From: Mobula hypostoma
Lineage: Eukaryota
Assembly: GCF_963921235.1 (NCBI RefSeq)
Contig: NC_086097.1
Location: forward strand, 192,512,001-192,576,000
Length of the DNA stretch: 64,000 nt
Direction of reading: 5' to 3'
Shown here: positions 11,740-22,785 of the stretch, in pieces
Numbering within the stretch: the stretch's first letter is position 1
Layout: each line of letters opens with the position of its first letter
Notes under the pieces: generated by a model
What the model was told of the DNA's origin: nothing
Databases searched by the model: none
What the model saw: only the letters and a program-made list of their open reading frames with translations
Program-made: the position numbers and the translations under genes

Positions 11740-12810
11740 TTTGTCGAGAAAATAAAATTAGGTGAGGTTGTGGACAGGGAGAAATAGGTTTAAATGCTTC
11801 AGGAACACATAGACAAATTAAGTGAATACACAAGAACATAGCAGTTAAATTAAAATGTGTAAAAAAGATTGTCATCATCCAAAACAGAAAAACAACATGT
11901 TGTATTGTTGACAGCTTGGGAAATATGGAGCAACAAACCTGCTGGAGGAACTTAGTGAGATGGGCAGCATCTGGAGTGGGAAGGAACTGTCAATGTTTTA
12001 GACTGAAACACTGCATTGTAAAACATTGATGTTTAAATGGACTGTAGAATCCTAGTATACATTACTTAAAGCAAATGTCCAGGTGCAGCCATCAGTTAGG
12101 AAAGTCTTTATTACAAGATAATTTGCGTGGATATATAAATTCATCTTTCTATAATTTTGTGGGATATTGGGTTTGCTGAATTAAGAAAGATTGAGCAGAC
12201 TTGACCTGTATTCTTGAGAGTTTATAATAATAAGCAGAGATGCATTGAAACTTACACAATTCACAGACAGAAGAAAATCTGCAGATGCTGGAAATCGGAG
12301 CAACACACACAAAATGCCGGAGGAACTCAGCAGGCCAGGCAGCATCTAGGAAAAGAATACAGTCGATGTTCCTGCCTGAAATGTCAAATGTACTCTTTTC
12401 CTCGATGCTGCCTGGCCTGGTGAGTTCCTCCTGCAATTTGTGTGTGTTGTGTGTGTTAAACAACTCTCACAGCTTTAAACAGGCTAAAATGTTGAAGGTG
12501 TTCCTCCCAACCCAGGAGTGTAGAGAAATTTCAAACATGGAGCCTTGGTGTAAGGGCTGAGCTATTTAGGATCAATAAGAGGAGATATTTCTTCACACGA
12601 TATGGGGTGACTCCTTGTATTTCTCAATCACAGAGAGCTCTGAAAGGTGAATGAGGATTGTTAAAACAGAAAATGATCAATTTCCGCTTATATCAGGAAA
12701 ATTGGGATAATGAAATAAAATATATCAAGTTAGAAGATAGGCCATGATCTGGAGGAATGATGCACAGCTCAAAAGGACAAATGGCCAATTTCTGTTCCTC
12801 ATTCTTAAGT
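11740..12810 (+). mobile_element. old, heavily decayed CR1 LINE
   Basis: Remnants of KFADDTKLGG (aagtttgtcgagaaaataaaattaggtg), FFTQRV (ttcttcacacga) and the 3' motif ctcaaaaggacaaatggcc. Confidence 0.55.
12266..12452. mobile_element. short fold-back Penelope pLTR derivative
   Basis: Arms 12301-12371 and 12378-12449 are imperfect reverse complements and resemble the Penelope termini at 2560-2660. Confidence 0.75.
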
Positions 12811-13529
12811 GCACATTTTTATTGGGTTATTTCCTATATTTTAACAATGTGCAAATTGCTTTTGGGGACCACATGTAATTAGAAATGAGTTCACTCTTTC
12901 ACAGCATACAGCAATCGTGTCACTAGGAGTTAAAAATCCAGTATTCTTGCTGTATTGAAGATGCTTTCGCTTTGTAGCAATGTAATCCATCACCTGAAAT
13001 TGGCGGCAGACTAAGGGCTGATTTAGTGAGGTTGGGGATTTTCTGCAGACAACACATCGTGCAGAACCCATGCACATGTTGGCACCGGGCAGAAAATGAA
13101 AACCATGTTGCTGCAGTATCAGTCACAGAGCATACCAGGTGCAGAAACAATAAATGCATCACCTAGATCAGGGGTTCCCAACCTTTTTTATGCTGCAGGA
13201 TTCATGAAATAGTCATTGAGATGGATATGGGGATTTGAGATCCTGTTTTACTAACCACATAGCTCTGTCATTAGAAACCCACACCCGTAAGCCAGGCAGC
13301 TGAAGCACATGGATATGAAAATGGAGGAAGGGAAAATGGAAGTGGTGAATAAAGTGGAGGAATAGAAAAGTGGGGGGAGAGCGTAATATAAACAATCCTT
13401 CTAATATACAGGAAATCAAGGACTTCAATTCCAGAAAATCGATCTTTATTCACTAACATACACTCAAATCAACCTTCCCTCAAGCATTGACCATTCCAGT
13501 ATCTCCTTGGCCACAATGAAAAAATTCCA

Positions 13530-14450
13530 CCACTTCTATTGGCAGCTTCTTGTATATATTCACCACGCTCTGCGTGAAAGTGTCCCTTTGCCCTAAAGCT
13601 ATGCCCCTTAGTTTTGGAGTTCCATACCCTGGACTATTACCATCCATCTTATTATATGCTTCTCATAATTTTAAACATTTCTGTAAGGTCACCCCTCATT
13701 CTCCTAATCTCCATGTTATTGTGTTCTTACAAGGACTGGACCAGCCAGCCTCACCCTGTAAGTCAGGCCCTCTAATCCTGGCAATACCTTTGTAAATTTT
13801 TCTGCACTCTTTCCATTTTAACCACATCTTTCCCACAACAGGAAAAGTCAATTTACTTGACTTCTTGACTTTGACTAAAACAGTGCACAGTACTCCAAAT
13901 GCAGCCTCACCAAAAACTTATACAACTGCAACAAAATGTCCCAGCTCTGTACTCGATGTCCTGACTAATGAAGGCCAGTGCGCTGAATGCCTTTTTTTGC
14001 CTTCCTATCTATCTGTGTTGCTGTTTTCAATTAACTATGCCCTTGTACGTTTAGGTTCCTCTATTGCATTACACCCCGTTGTGCTTTACCATTCATAGAA
14101 CAAGTCCGACACTCATTTGGCTTTCTAAAACTGATCATCTCACAGTTAAATGTGTTGAAACCCGTTTGCCACTCCTCGGCCCACCTCTCCATAACTGATC
14201 AAGGTTCCCCCGTATTCTATGACCTTCTTCACTGTCTACAACACCTCTCAATTTTGTTTCATACACAGACTTAGTGACCAAGCCTTTTACATTTGCATCC
14301 AAATAATTTATATAGAAAACAAATAACAAGGATCCCGAACCCAGCTCCTATGGCATACCACTAGAATCCATTCCAAGAAACAACCTTCAAGTTCTGCTTT
14401 CTGCTTCCTACCTCCAAGAAAATTTTGAATTCAACTAACTAGTTCTGATT
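13530..14450 (-). mobile_element. old CR1 LINE fragment
   Basis: Minus-strand LFVFYINYLDANVKGLVTKSVYETKLRGVVDSEEG (decayed RT). Confidence 0.65.
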
Positions 14451-16062
14451 AGGAGAAATCAGCCTGACTTCCTGTGCTTTGGATTGTTTTTCACCACTTA
14501 ATGAAAGACATCTATTTTTATTTGAGCTACAGGTGCCCCATTGTGGTCAACCCTTAAATGGTTTGGGGGCATTTAGGAATAGTTAAGCCCACCTCATTGA
14601 ACTCACTTTGATCCAGTACATGGGTAATTTTGTGTAGACTTGCATTCTGAACCGTTTTACTTTGAAATTGTACCATTAGACCTTGTATATTTCCCCAGTT
14701 TCCTCACTTTGATGGAGTTATATCTTAATTTGCAAAATAGGCCGAGGCTGTGTTTCATTCTTTAGTACAACTATTTATTTATTTTTTATCCCTTCTGTAC
14801 ATGACTGCAAACATAACTCGCTGAGAACAATAAAAAAGTATCTGCTAAACTCTAAAATGGGGTTACAAGATAAGAACCTGAAAGCTCTATAACCTCTGAT
14901 GCTTGAAAGGGAACAGTCATCAATTCTATGGATTCAATTACATATCTTACTACATAAATTATACGCATTGCTATATTCCACCACCACCACCCATATTCGT
15001 CCCTGCAATCCCATGTCAAAAGCTAATTCAATGTTACTTAACCAAAATTTCCTATCTGCTGTGGACTTCTCTTTGGTTGCATACCTGACCTTTACTTGCG
15101 GCAGTACAGAATATTTTCAGGTCTTCTGACAGGCAAAATGTTCAGATAATTCATCACCAATACTTAGTTCTGTATTCTGTCATTAGCATTTTCTCTGATA
15201 CTGGAAGATAACTGAGAGCATCACCATTTCTAAAGTATTTCTCTGCTTTGAGTATATTCATATGCTCACAAAGTCAAAACCTATCTTTGAACTTAAAGGA
15301 AAAACATCTGAGGCATTGGCTTCATTTCTGGAACAGAGAATTTGGAAGTTTGTGATCTGTGTAAATGTAAAATGCCTTACGGAATTGCGGCTGCACCTTG
15401 ATCAAAAACGCATTCTGTTTTTAGAGGAACTAACTTCAAAATATTTAAATAGTCCATTTATGTTTACTGAACGATGTGATGAAAAGGCAAAATGTACAAT
15501 ATAATGTAGGTTTATCTCGTTCTGAGGGAAAGAGAAATAAAATTGACTTTTTTAAATCTGGGAATCACTGCTAAATAATACATCCATATTATTCTCCCAG
15601 GGCTAATAACTGTATATAGTGTATGGAGGCTAAGCAACATCTCTACAGTGTATTTCTTATTTTACTGCATTTAATTTCTAAAATTATTAAATTATTAAAA
15701 TTAATTATTAAAATTAGATTTCTAAATTAAATTAATAAAGCTTTATCTATTAACATATTTATATCTAATATAATAGTTTTCAAACCGTGACAATATAACA
15801 AGACAGAATAGACATGTGACTTGTATCAGATGTGAAGGTTCCCTTATACTACATTTGACAAAAGGTAACAGAAAATTCTCTCAGAATCATCTGTGGGAAA
15901 CAACATCCCTCTTTGTTTTCTTCATCTTGAGTTTTCACCTTTTCAAGTTAATCAAGGTGTTAAGCCAAACAAGTTTTAGTTCACTTTGAAGAGATGTTGA
16001 TTCAGTACCTTCATTTTACCTTGTGTGCAAGTATTTAATGACCCTGTTACAAGGGATTAGTT

Positions 16063-16481
16063 AGTCATAGTCATAGTCATAGTCATACTTTATTGATTCA
16101 GGGGGAAATTGGTTTTCGTTACAGTTGCACCATAAATAATAAAGAGTAATAGAACCATAAATAGTTTAATAGTAATATGTAAATTATGCCAGTAAATTAT
16201 GAAATAAGTCCAGGACCAGCCTATTGGCTCAGGGTGTCTGACCCTCCAAGGCAGGAGTTGTAAAGTTTGATGGCCACAGGCAGGAATGACTTCCTATGAC
16301 GCTCTGTGCTGCATCTCGGTGGAATGAGTCTCTGTGCCCATCCAGTACACTATGTAGTGGATGGGAAACATTGACCAAGATGGCATGCAACTTAGACAGC
16401 ATCCTCTTTTCAGACACCACCGTGAGAGAGTCCAGTTCCATTCCCACAACATCACTGGCCTTACGAACGAGTTTGTTAATG
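16063..16481 (-). mobile_element. Rex1-like LINE 3' fragment with (TATGAC)n tail
   Basis: MELDSLTVVSEKRMLSKLHAILVNVSHPLH; tail seen as tagtcatagtcatagtcata; near-identical to 17686-18008. Confidence 0.75.
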
Positions 16482-17685
16482 CCCCCTGTCTGTCACTGTC
16501 TTAGTTGCCTCAACACCAGTCACAAACTCCTACATTCCTCATATCTCTTAGTTTCTCTACTCTTCCAGTGAAGCCCATTCTAGTGATACTGACTTAACTA
16601 ACTTAGTTGTACAATCTCAAAGTATTGGTACCAAGATCTTTCTCTCCCTTATCTACATTTCAGCAAGCATAGTGTCTTTATCTTATGTTTCCAGAGGAAA
16701 TTTGCTTAACTTACTTCCAGATAATGCAGCATACATTTGCTTGGAGTTAGATAATGTGGCATCATCATCCTTCCCCCAATACCTTGGTCTTTGCAAAAAT
16801 AATTTAGAAACAATATTTATATGTGATGAATAAATATATTTCTAGCTATTCTCCTATCACTTAATAGATGACCTAATATTCAATAAGTTAAAGATGTTTT
16901 AACCAATACTGTACAGCTCTGTCCGATATGCAAACATTATATCAAGTTTCTTGCTGCTAAATATATTTATTCTTTGTACCATTCCCCTTTCTACTCTTAT
17001 TTTGTCTCTGTCTCCTACACTAGTCAACAGAAGCTCAAAATAATCTTGATAAACAGTGTCTCATTTTTGAATTGTAAACATTTGAGTTTAACAACCACTT
17101 CAGCAATTTTATGTAATAATTCTGCTACTTCCATTTATACCACAAAGGGACAGACCTTTTGTTTCTTTTTTGTCTCATTGCCACCTTCCTTAGCTTTCCA
17201 TCAACATCTGTGTAATCCACTCCTGTTTTCCATCCTATCAATCTTATTTTTCTTCTTTCCATTCCTCTTCCATTTCTTTGATGTCTAGTGTTTTCTGGTC
17301 ATTGACTGGAAATGCTGACCATAAAATACAGGAATAGAATTAGGCCATTCGGTATATCAGGTCCGCTCCGCCATTTGATCATGGCTGATCCATTTCCTTC
17401 TTAACTACATTCTCCTGCCTTCTCCCCATAACCTTTCCTGCCCTGATTTATCAAGAATCTACCAACCTCTGCTTTAAATACACCAGTGACCTAGCCGTTA
17501 GAGCTGTCTGTGCCAATGAAATCCACAGATTCACCATCATCTGGCTAAAGAAATTCCTCCTTATCTCCATTCCAAATGCATGTCCTTCTATTCTGAGTTA
17601 GTGGCCTCTGCTTCTGGACTTCATCACTACAGGAAATATCCTCTCCATGTCCACTCTATATTAGCCTTTCAACTTCAGATAAGGT

Positions 17686-18008
17686 TATAGTCATAGTCAT
17701 ACTTTATTGATCCCAGGGGAAATTGGTTTTCGTTACAGTTGCACCATAAATAATTAAATAGTAATAAAACCATAAATAAATAAATAGTAATATGTAAATT
17801 ATGCCTGGAAGTAAGTCCAGGACCAGCCTATTGGCTCAGGGTGTCTGACCCTCCAAGGGAGGAGTTGTAAAGTTTGATGGCCACAGGCAGGAATGACTTC
17901 CTATGACGCTCTGCGTTGCATCTCGGTGGAATGAGTCTCTGGCTGAATGTACTCCTGTGCCCAACCAGTACATTATGTAGTGGATGGGAGACATTGTCCA
18001 AGATGGCA
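17686..18008 (-). mobile_element. Rex1-like LINE 3' fragment
   Basis: AILDNVSHPLHNVLV...RHRKSFLPVAIKLYN; (TATGAC) tail; same subfamily as 16063-16481. Confidence 0.75.
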
Positions 18009-19646
18009 ATTCTAAATTCCAGTGAGTACAGGCCCAGATCTATCAAATATTTCTCAAAGAGAAGCCTTTTATTTCCCAGAATAATTTTCATGAACCTCCT
18101 TTGAACCCCCTCCAATGACAACACATCCTTTCTTAGATACGGAGCCCAAAACTGCCCCCAGTGCTCCAAGTGAGGCCATGAAGATAGTCCACATTTTCAT
18201 TCTGTTACCAAATTACATGACCGTACACTTCTCAACACTGTAGTGCATCTGCCACTTCTTTGCCATTCTCCTGACCTGTCTGAGTACTTCCGCAGCCTCC
18301 CTGCTTTCTGAACACTACCTTCCCCTTCACCTATCTTTGTATCATCCGCAGACTTGGCCACTTTGTCATCAATTCCTTCATCCTAATCATTGACAAATAA
18401 CTATCCCAACACCAGGAAAGGCCCCCTTTATTCCCACACTTTTCCTCCTGCCATTCAGCCAATTATCTATCTATGCTAGTACATTTCCTAGAATACCATA
18501 GGTTGTTATCTTGGTAAGCGGCCTCCTGTGTGGCACCTTGTCAAAGGCCTTCTGAATATCTTCGGTTATTTCCTCAAAGAATTCCAACAGATTTTTCAGG
18601 TATGATTTTCCCTTTGGTCTATTTCATTGTGTCTCTACATGTATCCCATAACTTGGTCCTTAAAAACTGAATCCAACATCTTTCCAACCATTGAGGTCAG
18701 GCTAACTGTCCTATTATTTCCTTTCTTCTACTTCCCTTCCTTCTGGAAGAGTGTGAAGTGACACATGCAATTTTCAGTCTTCCGGAACCATGCCAGAATC
18801 TAGTGATTCTAGAATGATCATTACTAATGCCTCCATAATCCCTTGAGCTACCTTTTTCAGAGACCTGGGGTGTAGCCCATCTGGTCTGGGTATCTACCTT
18901 CAGACCTTTCAGCTTCACAAGCACCTTCTTCCCAGTAATAAGAGCTGCGCTCACTTCTGCCCCCTGACATTCACGTACTGCCAGGATACTACTCGAGTCT
19001 CCCACAGTGAAGAATGGTACAAAATACTTATTCAGTTCATCCACCATTTCCTTGTCCCCCATTACTACCTATTCAGCATCATTTTCCAGTAGTCAGATAT
19101 CTCCAGTCACCTCTCTTTTATTCTTTATATATCTGAAAAAAAACTTCAAGTACAGGTTTCCCCTGCCATCTGAAGGTACAGCGTTCCTATGAAATGGTTC
19201 GTAAGTCGGAATGTCATACAGTGAAGAAGCAATTACCATTTATTTATATGGGAAAAATTCGTGAGTATTCGCAGACCCAAAAAATAACCTACCAAATCAT
19301 GTCAAAGAACATATAAAACCTAAAATAACAGTAACATATAGTAAAAGCAGGAATGATATGATAGATACACAGCCTATATAAAGTAGGAATACTTTTCTAC
19401 AATCTTTGCCGCACTGTCCACCATAGCGAAAATCTCACACGAGCACTCTCGGCAGAAACACTCTCTCCAGTAACCTTTAATCTATGAAGCTGCCAAATCA
19501 TACCAAATAACGCATAAAAATACACAGCCTACATAAAGTAGAAATATTGTATGTACAGTGTAATATCACTTACCGGAATCGGGAAGGCAGTGCCGAGCAC
19601 ACTGATGATGGTGTGTTAGGCTGGGTCGTCAGAGGTTGGGGTGGTG

Positions 19647-19996
19647 CAGTGGTCCCCATCCTCCGGGCCGCCAACCGATACCGATCCGCGAAGCATGCAG
19701 TGGTGCAGCGGTGGCCAGGACGCACCCAGCACATCTTTAAGAAAAAAGCCCAAATAAACAAACTAATTAATTAGCTGCTGCCCGGTACTTAAATGTCAGC
19801 CCAGATCAGAGGTGACATAATCGGCAACCGCCTCTGATCTGGGCTGACATTTACGTGCCAGTTGGCACCTAATTAATTAGTTTGTTTATTTTGGCTTTTT
19901 TTCTTAAAGATGTGCTAGGTACATCCCGGCTACCGCTGCACCACTGAATGCTTCGCGGCAATGTATCGGTCCATGGCCCGGAGGTTGGGACCACTG
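19647..19996. mobile_element. 350-bp fold-back MITE with hAT-like termini
   Basis: Termini cagtggtcccc...gggaccactg; arms 19647-19812 and 19831-19996 are reverse complements over their whole length; flanks gggtggtg / gggtgtga may be an imperfect TSD. Confidence 0.72.
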
Positions 19997-20340
19997 GGGT
20001 GTGATTTCATCGTCGTCTGTTTCCATCAGGGCATGCAGGTCATCTTCTTCTATGTCTGCCTGCCTTGCTGTCGAAGGTCGAGGTTCGTCGTCTGATGTGG
20101 CTGATGTGGAAGGCTTGAAAAACGACAGTATGCTTGACTGCTTATCCTTGCACATTTTTCTATCAGACAGTTCTTTGTAAGTACTCAAACCATCCTGCAA
20201 ATATGCCCTCAACCTATGTACCCTTTTAAAATTAAAGTCGTACTTTTCTGCAATCATTGCAGTGAAAATCTCATGCAGTTGCTTCACGTTCAGTTCCTGG
20301 ACAACTTCGCTTTCAATCTGTTCGCTACTGCATTTGGTTT

Positions 20341-22785
20341 CATAGAAACATAGAAACATAGAAAATAGGTGCAGGAGTAGGCCATTCGGCCCTTTGAGCC
20401 TGCACCGCCATTTATTATGATCATGGCTGATCATCCAACTCAGAACCCCGCCCCAGCCTTCCCTCCATACCCCCTGACCCCTGTAGCCACAAGGGCCATA
20501 TCTAACTCCCTCTTAAACATAGCCAATGAACTGGCCTCAACAGTTTCCTGTGGCAGAGAATTCCACAGATTCACCACTCTCTGTGTGAAGAAGTTTTTCC
20601 TAATCTCGGTCCTAAAAGGCTTCCCCTCTATCCTCAAACTGTGACCCCTCGTTCTGGACTTCCCCAACATCGGGAACAATCTTCCTGCATCTAGCCTGTC
20701 CAATCCCTTTAGGATCTTATACGTTTCAATCAGATCCCCCCTCAATCTTCTAAATTCCAATGAGTACAAGCCCAGTTCATCCAGTCTTTCTTCATATGAA
20801 AGTCCTGCCATCCCAGGAATCAATCTGGTGAACCTTCTTTGTACTCCCTCTATGGCAAAGATGTCTTTCCTCAGGTTAGGGGACCAAAACTGCACACAAT
20901 ACTCCAGGTGTGGTCTCACCAAGGCCTTGTACAACTGCAGTAGTACCTCCCTGCTCCTGTACTCGAATCCTCTCGCTATAAATGCCAGCATACCATTCGT
21001 CTTTTTCACCGCCTGCTGTACCTGCATGCCCACTTTCAATGACTGGTGTATAATGACACCCAGGTCTCGTTGCACCTCCACTTTTCCTAATCGGCCACCA
21101 TTCAGATAATAATCTGTTTTCCTATTTTTGCCACCAAAGTGGATAACTTCACATTTATCCACATTAAATTGCATCTGCCATGAGTTTGCCCACTCACCCA
21201 ACCTATCCAAGTCACCCTGCATCCTCTTAGCATCCTCCTCACGGCTAACACTGCCACCCAGCTTCGTGTCATCCACAAACTTGGAGATGCTGCATTTAAT
21301 TCCCTCATCCAAGTCATTAATATATATTGTAAACAACTGGGGTCCCAGCACTGAGCCTTGCGGTACCCCACTAGTCACCGCCTGCCATTCTGAAAAGGTC
21401 CCGTTTATTCCCACTCTTTGCTTCCTGTCTGCTAACCAATTCTCCACCCACACCAATACCTTACCTCCAATACCGTGTGCTTTAAGTTTGCACACTAATC
21501 TCCTGTGTGAGACCTTGTCAAAAGCCTTTTGAAAATCCAAATATACCACATCCACTGGTTCTCCCCTATCCACTCTACTAGTTATATCCTTAAAAAATTC
21601 TATGAGATTCGTCAGACATGATTTTCCTTTCACAAATCCATGCTGACTTTGTCCGATCATTTCATCGCTTTCCAAATGTGCTGTTATCACATCCTTGATA
21701 ACTGACTCCAGCAGTTTCCCCACCACCGACGTTAGGCTAACCGGTCTATAATTCCCCGGTTTCTCTCTCCCTCCTTTTTTAAAAAGTGGGGTTACATTAG
21801 CCACCCTCCAATCCTCAGGAACTAGTCCAGAATCTAACGAGTTTTGAAAAATTATCACTAATGCATCCACTATTTCTTGGGCTACTTCCTTAAACACTCT
21901 GGGATGCAGACCATCTGGCCCTGGGGATTTATCTGCCTTCAATCCCTTCAATTTACCTAACACCACTTCCCTACTAACATGTATTTCACTCAGTTCCTCC
22001 ATCTCACTGGACCCTCTGTCCCCTACTATTTCCGGAAGATTATTTATGTCCTCCTTAGTGAAGACAGAACCAAAGTAATTATTCAACTGGTCTGCCATGT
22101 CCTTGCTCCCCATAATCAGTTCACCTGTTTCTGTCTGAAGGGGACCTACATTTGTCTTTACCAGTCTTTTCCTTTTTACATATCTATAAAAGCTTTTACA
22201 GTCCATTTTTATGTTCCCCGCCAGTTTTCTCTCATAATCCTTTTTCCCCTTCCTAATTAAGCCCTTTGTCCTCCTCTGCTGAACTCTGAATTTCTCCCAG
22301 TCCTCAGGTGAGCCACTTTCTCTGGCTAATTTGTATACTACTTCTTTGGAATTGATACTATCCCTAATTTCTCTTGTCAGCCACGGGTGCACTACCTTCC
22401 TTGATTTATTCTTTTGCCAAACTGGGATGATCAATTGTTGTAGTTCATCCATGCAACCTTTAAATGCTTGCCATTGCATATCCACCGTCAATCCTTTAAG
22501 TGTCATTTGCCAGTCTATCTTAGCTAATTCACGTCTCATACCTTCAAAGTTACCCCTCTTTAAGTTCAGAACCTTTGTTTCTGAATTAACTATCTCACTC
22601 TCCATATTAATGAAGAATTCCACCATATTATGGTCACTCTTACCCAAGGGGCCTCTCACGACAAGATCGCTAATTAACCCTTCCTCATTGCTTAAAACCC
22701 AGTCCAGAATAGCCTGCTCTCTAGTTGGTTCCTCGACATGTTGGTTCAAAAAAACATCCCGCATACATTCCAAGAAATCCTCTTC
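20341..22785 (-). mobile_element. young CR1 LINE, 5'-truncated
   Basis: (TTTCTATG)n tail at 20341-20364, uninterrupted ORF2, inserted inside the Tigger coding remnant. Confidence 0.95.
20440..22773 (-). CDS. CR1 ORF2 (C-terminal part of APE endonuclease + complete RT), 777 aa, N-terminally truncated
   Basis: ILDWVL, GKSDHNMV, KSPGPDGLHP, NYRPVSLTSVVGKLLE, QHGF, YLDFQKAFDKV, GVPQGSVLGP, KFVDDTK, RDLGV; no stops. Expression not implied. Confidence 0.8.
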   Translation of the reverse strand: MECMRDVFLNQHVEEPTREQAILDWVLSNEEGLISDLVVRGPLGKSDHNMVEFFINMESEIVNSETKVLNLKRGNFEGMRRELAKIDWQMTLKGLTVDMQWQAFKGCMDELQQLIIPVWQKNKSRKVVHPWLTREIRDSINSKEVVYKLARESGSPEDWEKFRVQQRRTKGLIRKGKKDYERKLAGNIKMDCKSFYRYVKRKRLVKTNVGPLQTETGELIMGSKDMADQLNNYFGSVFTKEDINNLPEIVGDRGSSEMEELSEIHVSREVVLGKLKGLKADKSPGPDGLHPRVFKEVAQEIVDALVIIFQNSLDSGLVPEDWRVANVTPLFKKGGREKPGNYRPVSLTSVVGKLLESVIKDVITAHLESDEMIGQSQHGFVKGKSCLTNLIEFFKDITSRVDRGEPVDVVYLDFQKAFDKVSHRRLVCKLKAHGIGGKVLVWVENWLADRKQRVGINGTFSEWQAVTSGVPQGSVLGPQLFTIYINDLDEGIKCSISKFVDDTKLGGSVSREEDAKRMQGDLDRLGEWANSWQMQFNVDKCEVIHFGGKNRKTDYYLNGGRLGKVEVQRDLGVIIHQSLKVGMQVQQAVKKTNGMLAFIARGFEYRSREVLLQLYKALVRPHLEYCVQFWSPNLRKDIFAIEGVQRRFTRLIPGMAGLSYEERLDELGLYSLEFRRLRGDLIETYKILKGLDRLDAGRLFPMLGKSRTRGHSLRIEGKPFRTEIRKNFFTQRVVNLWNSLPQETVEASSLAMFKRELDMALVATGVRGYGGKAGAGF

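Noticed and set aside
15085..15521. Minus-strand acceptor (ttctctttccctcag) and donor (cag|gtatgc) suggesting an exon; + ORF 15262-15504
   Set aside because: All three minus frames hit stops within ~120 nt, and the + peptide has no recognisable motif or splice signals.
15675..15740. AT-rich aaattatt repeats; also (TA)n at ~51113-51131
   Set aside because: Simple low-complexity sequence, not a CRISPR-like or structured array.
17828..18169. 113-aa ORF
   Set aside because: Accidental in-frame fusion of a CR1 fragment with an inserted Rex1 tail.
19904..20434. 176-aa ORF resembling a domesticated TIGD gene
   Set aside because: Chimera of CR1 3'UTR, Tigger C-terminus and MITE; no DDE domain, and upstream pieces contain stops.
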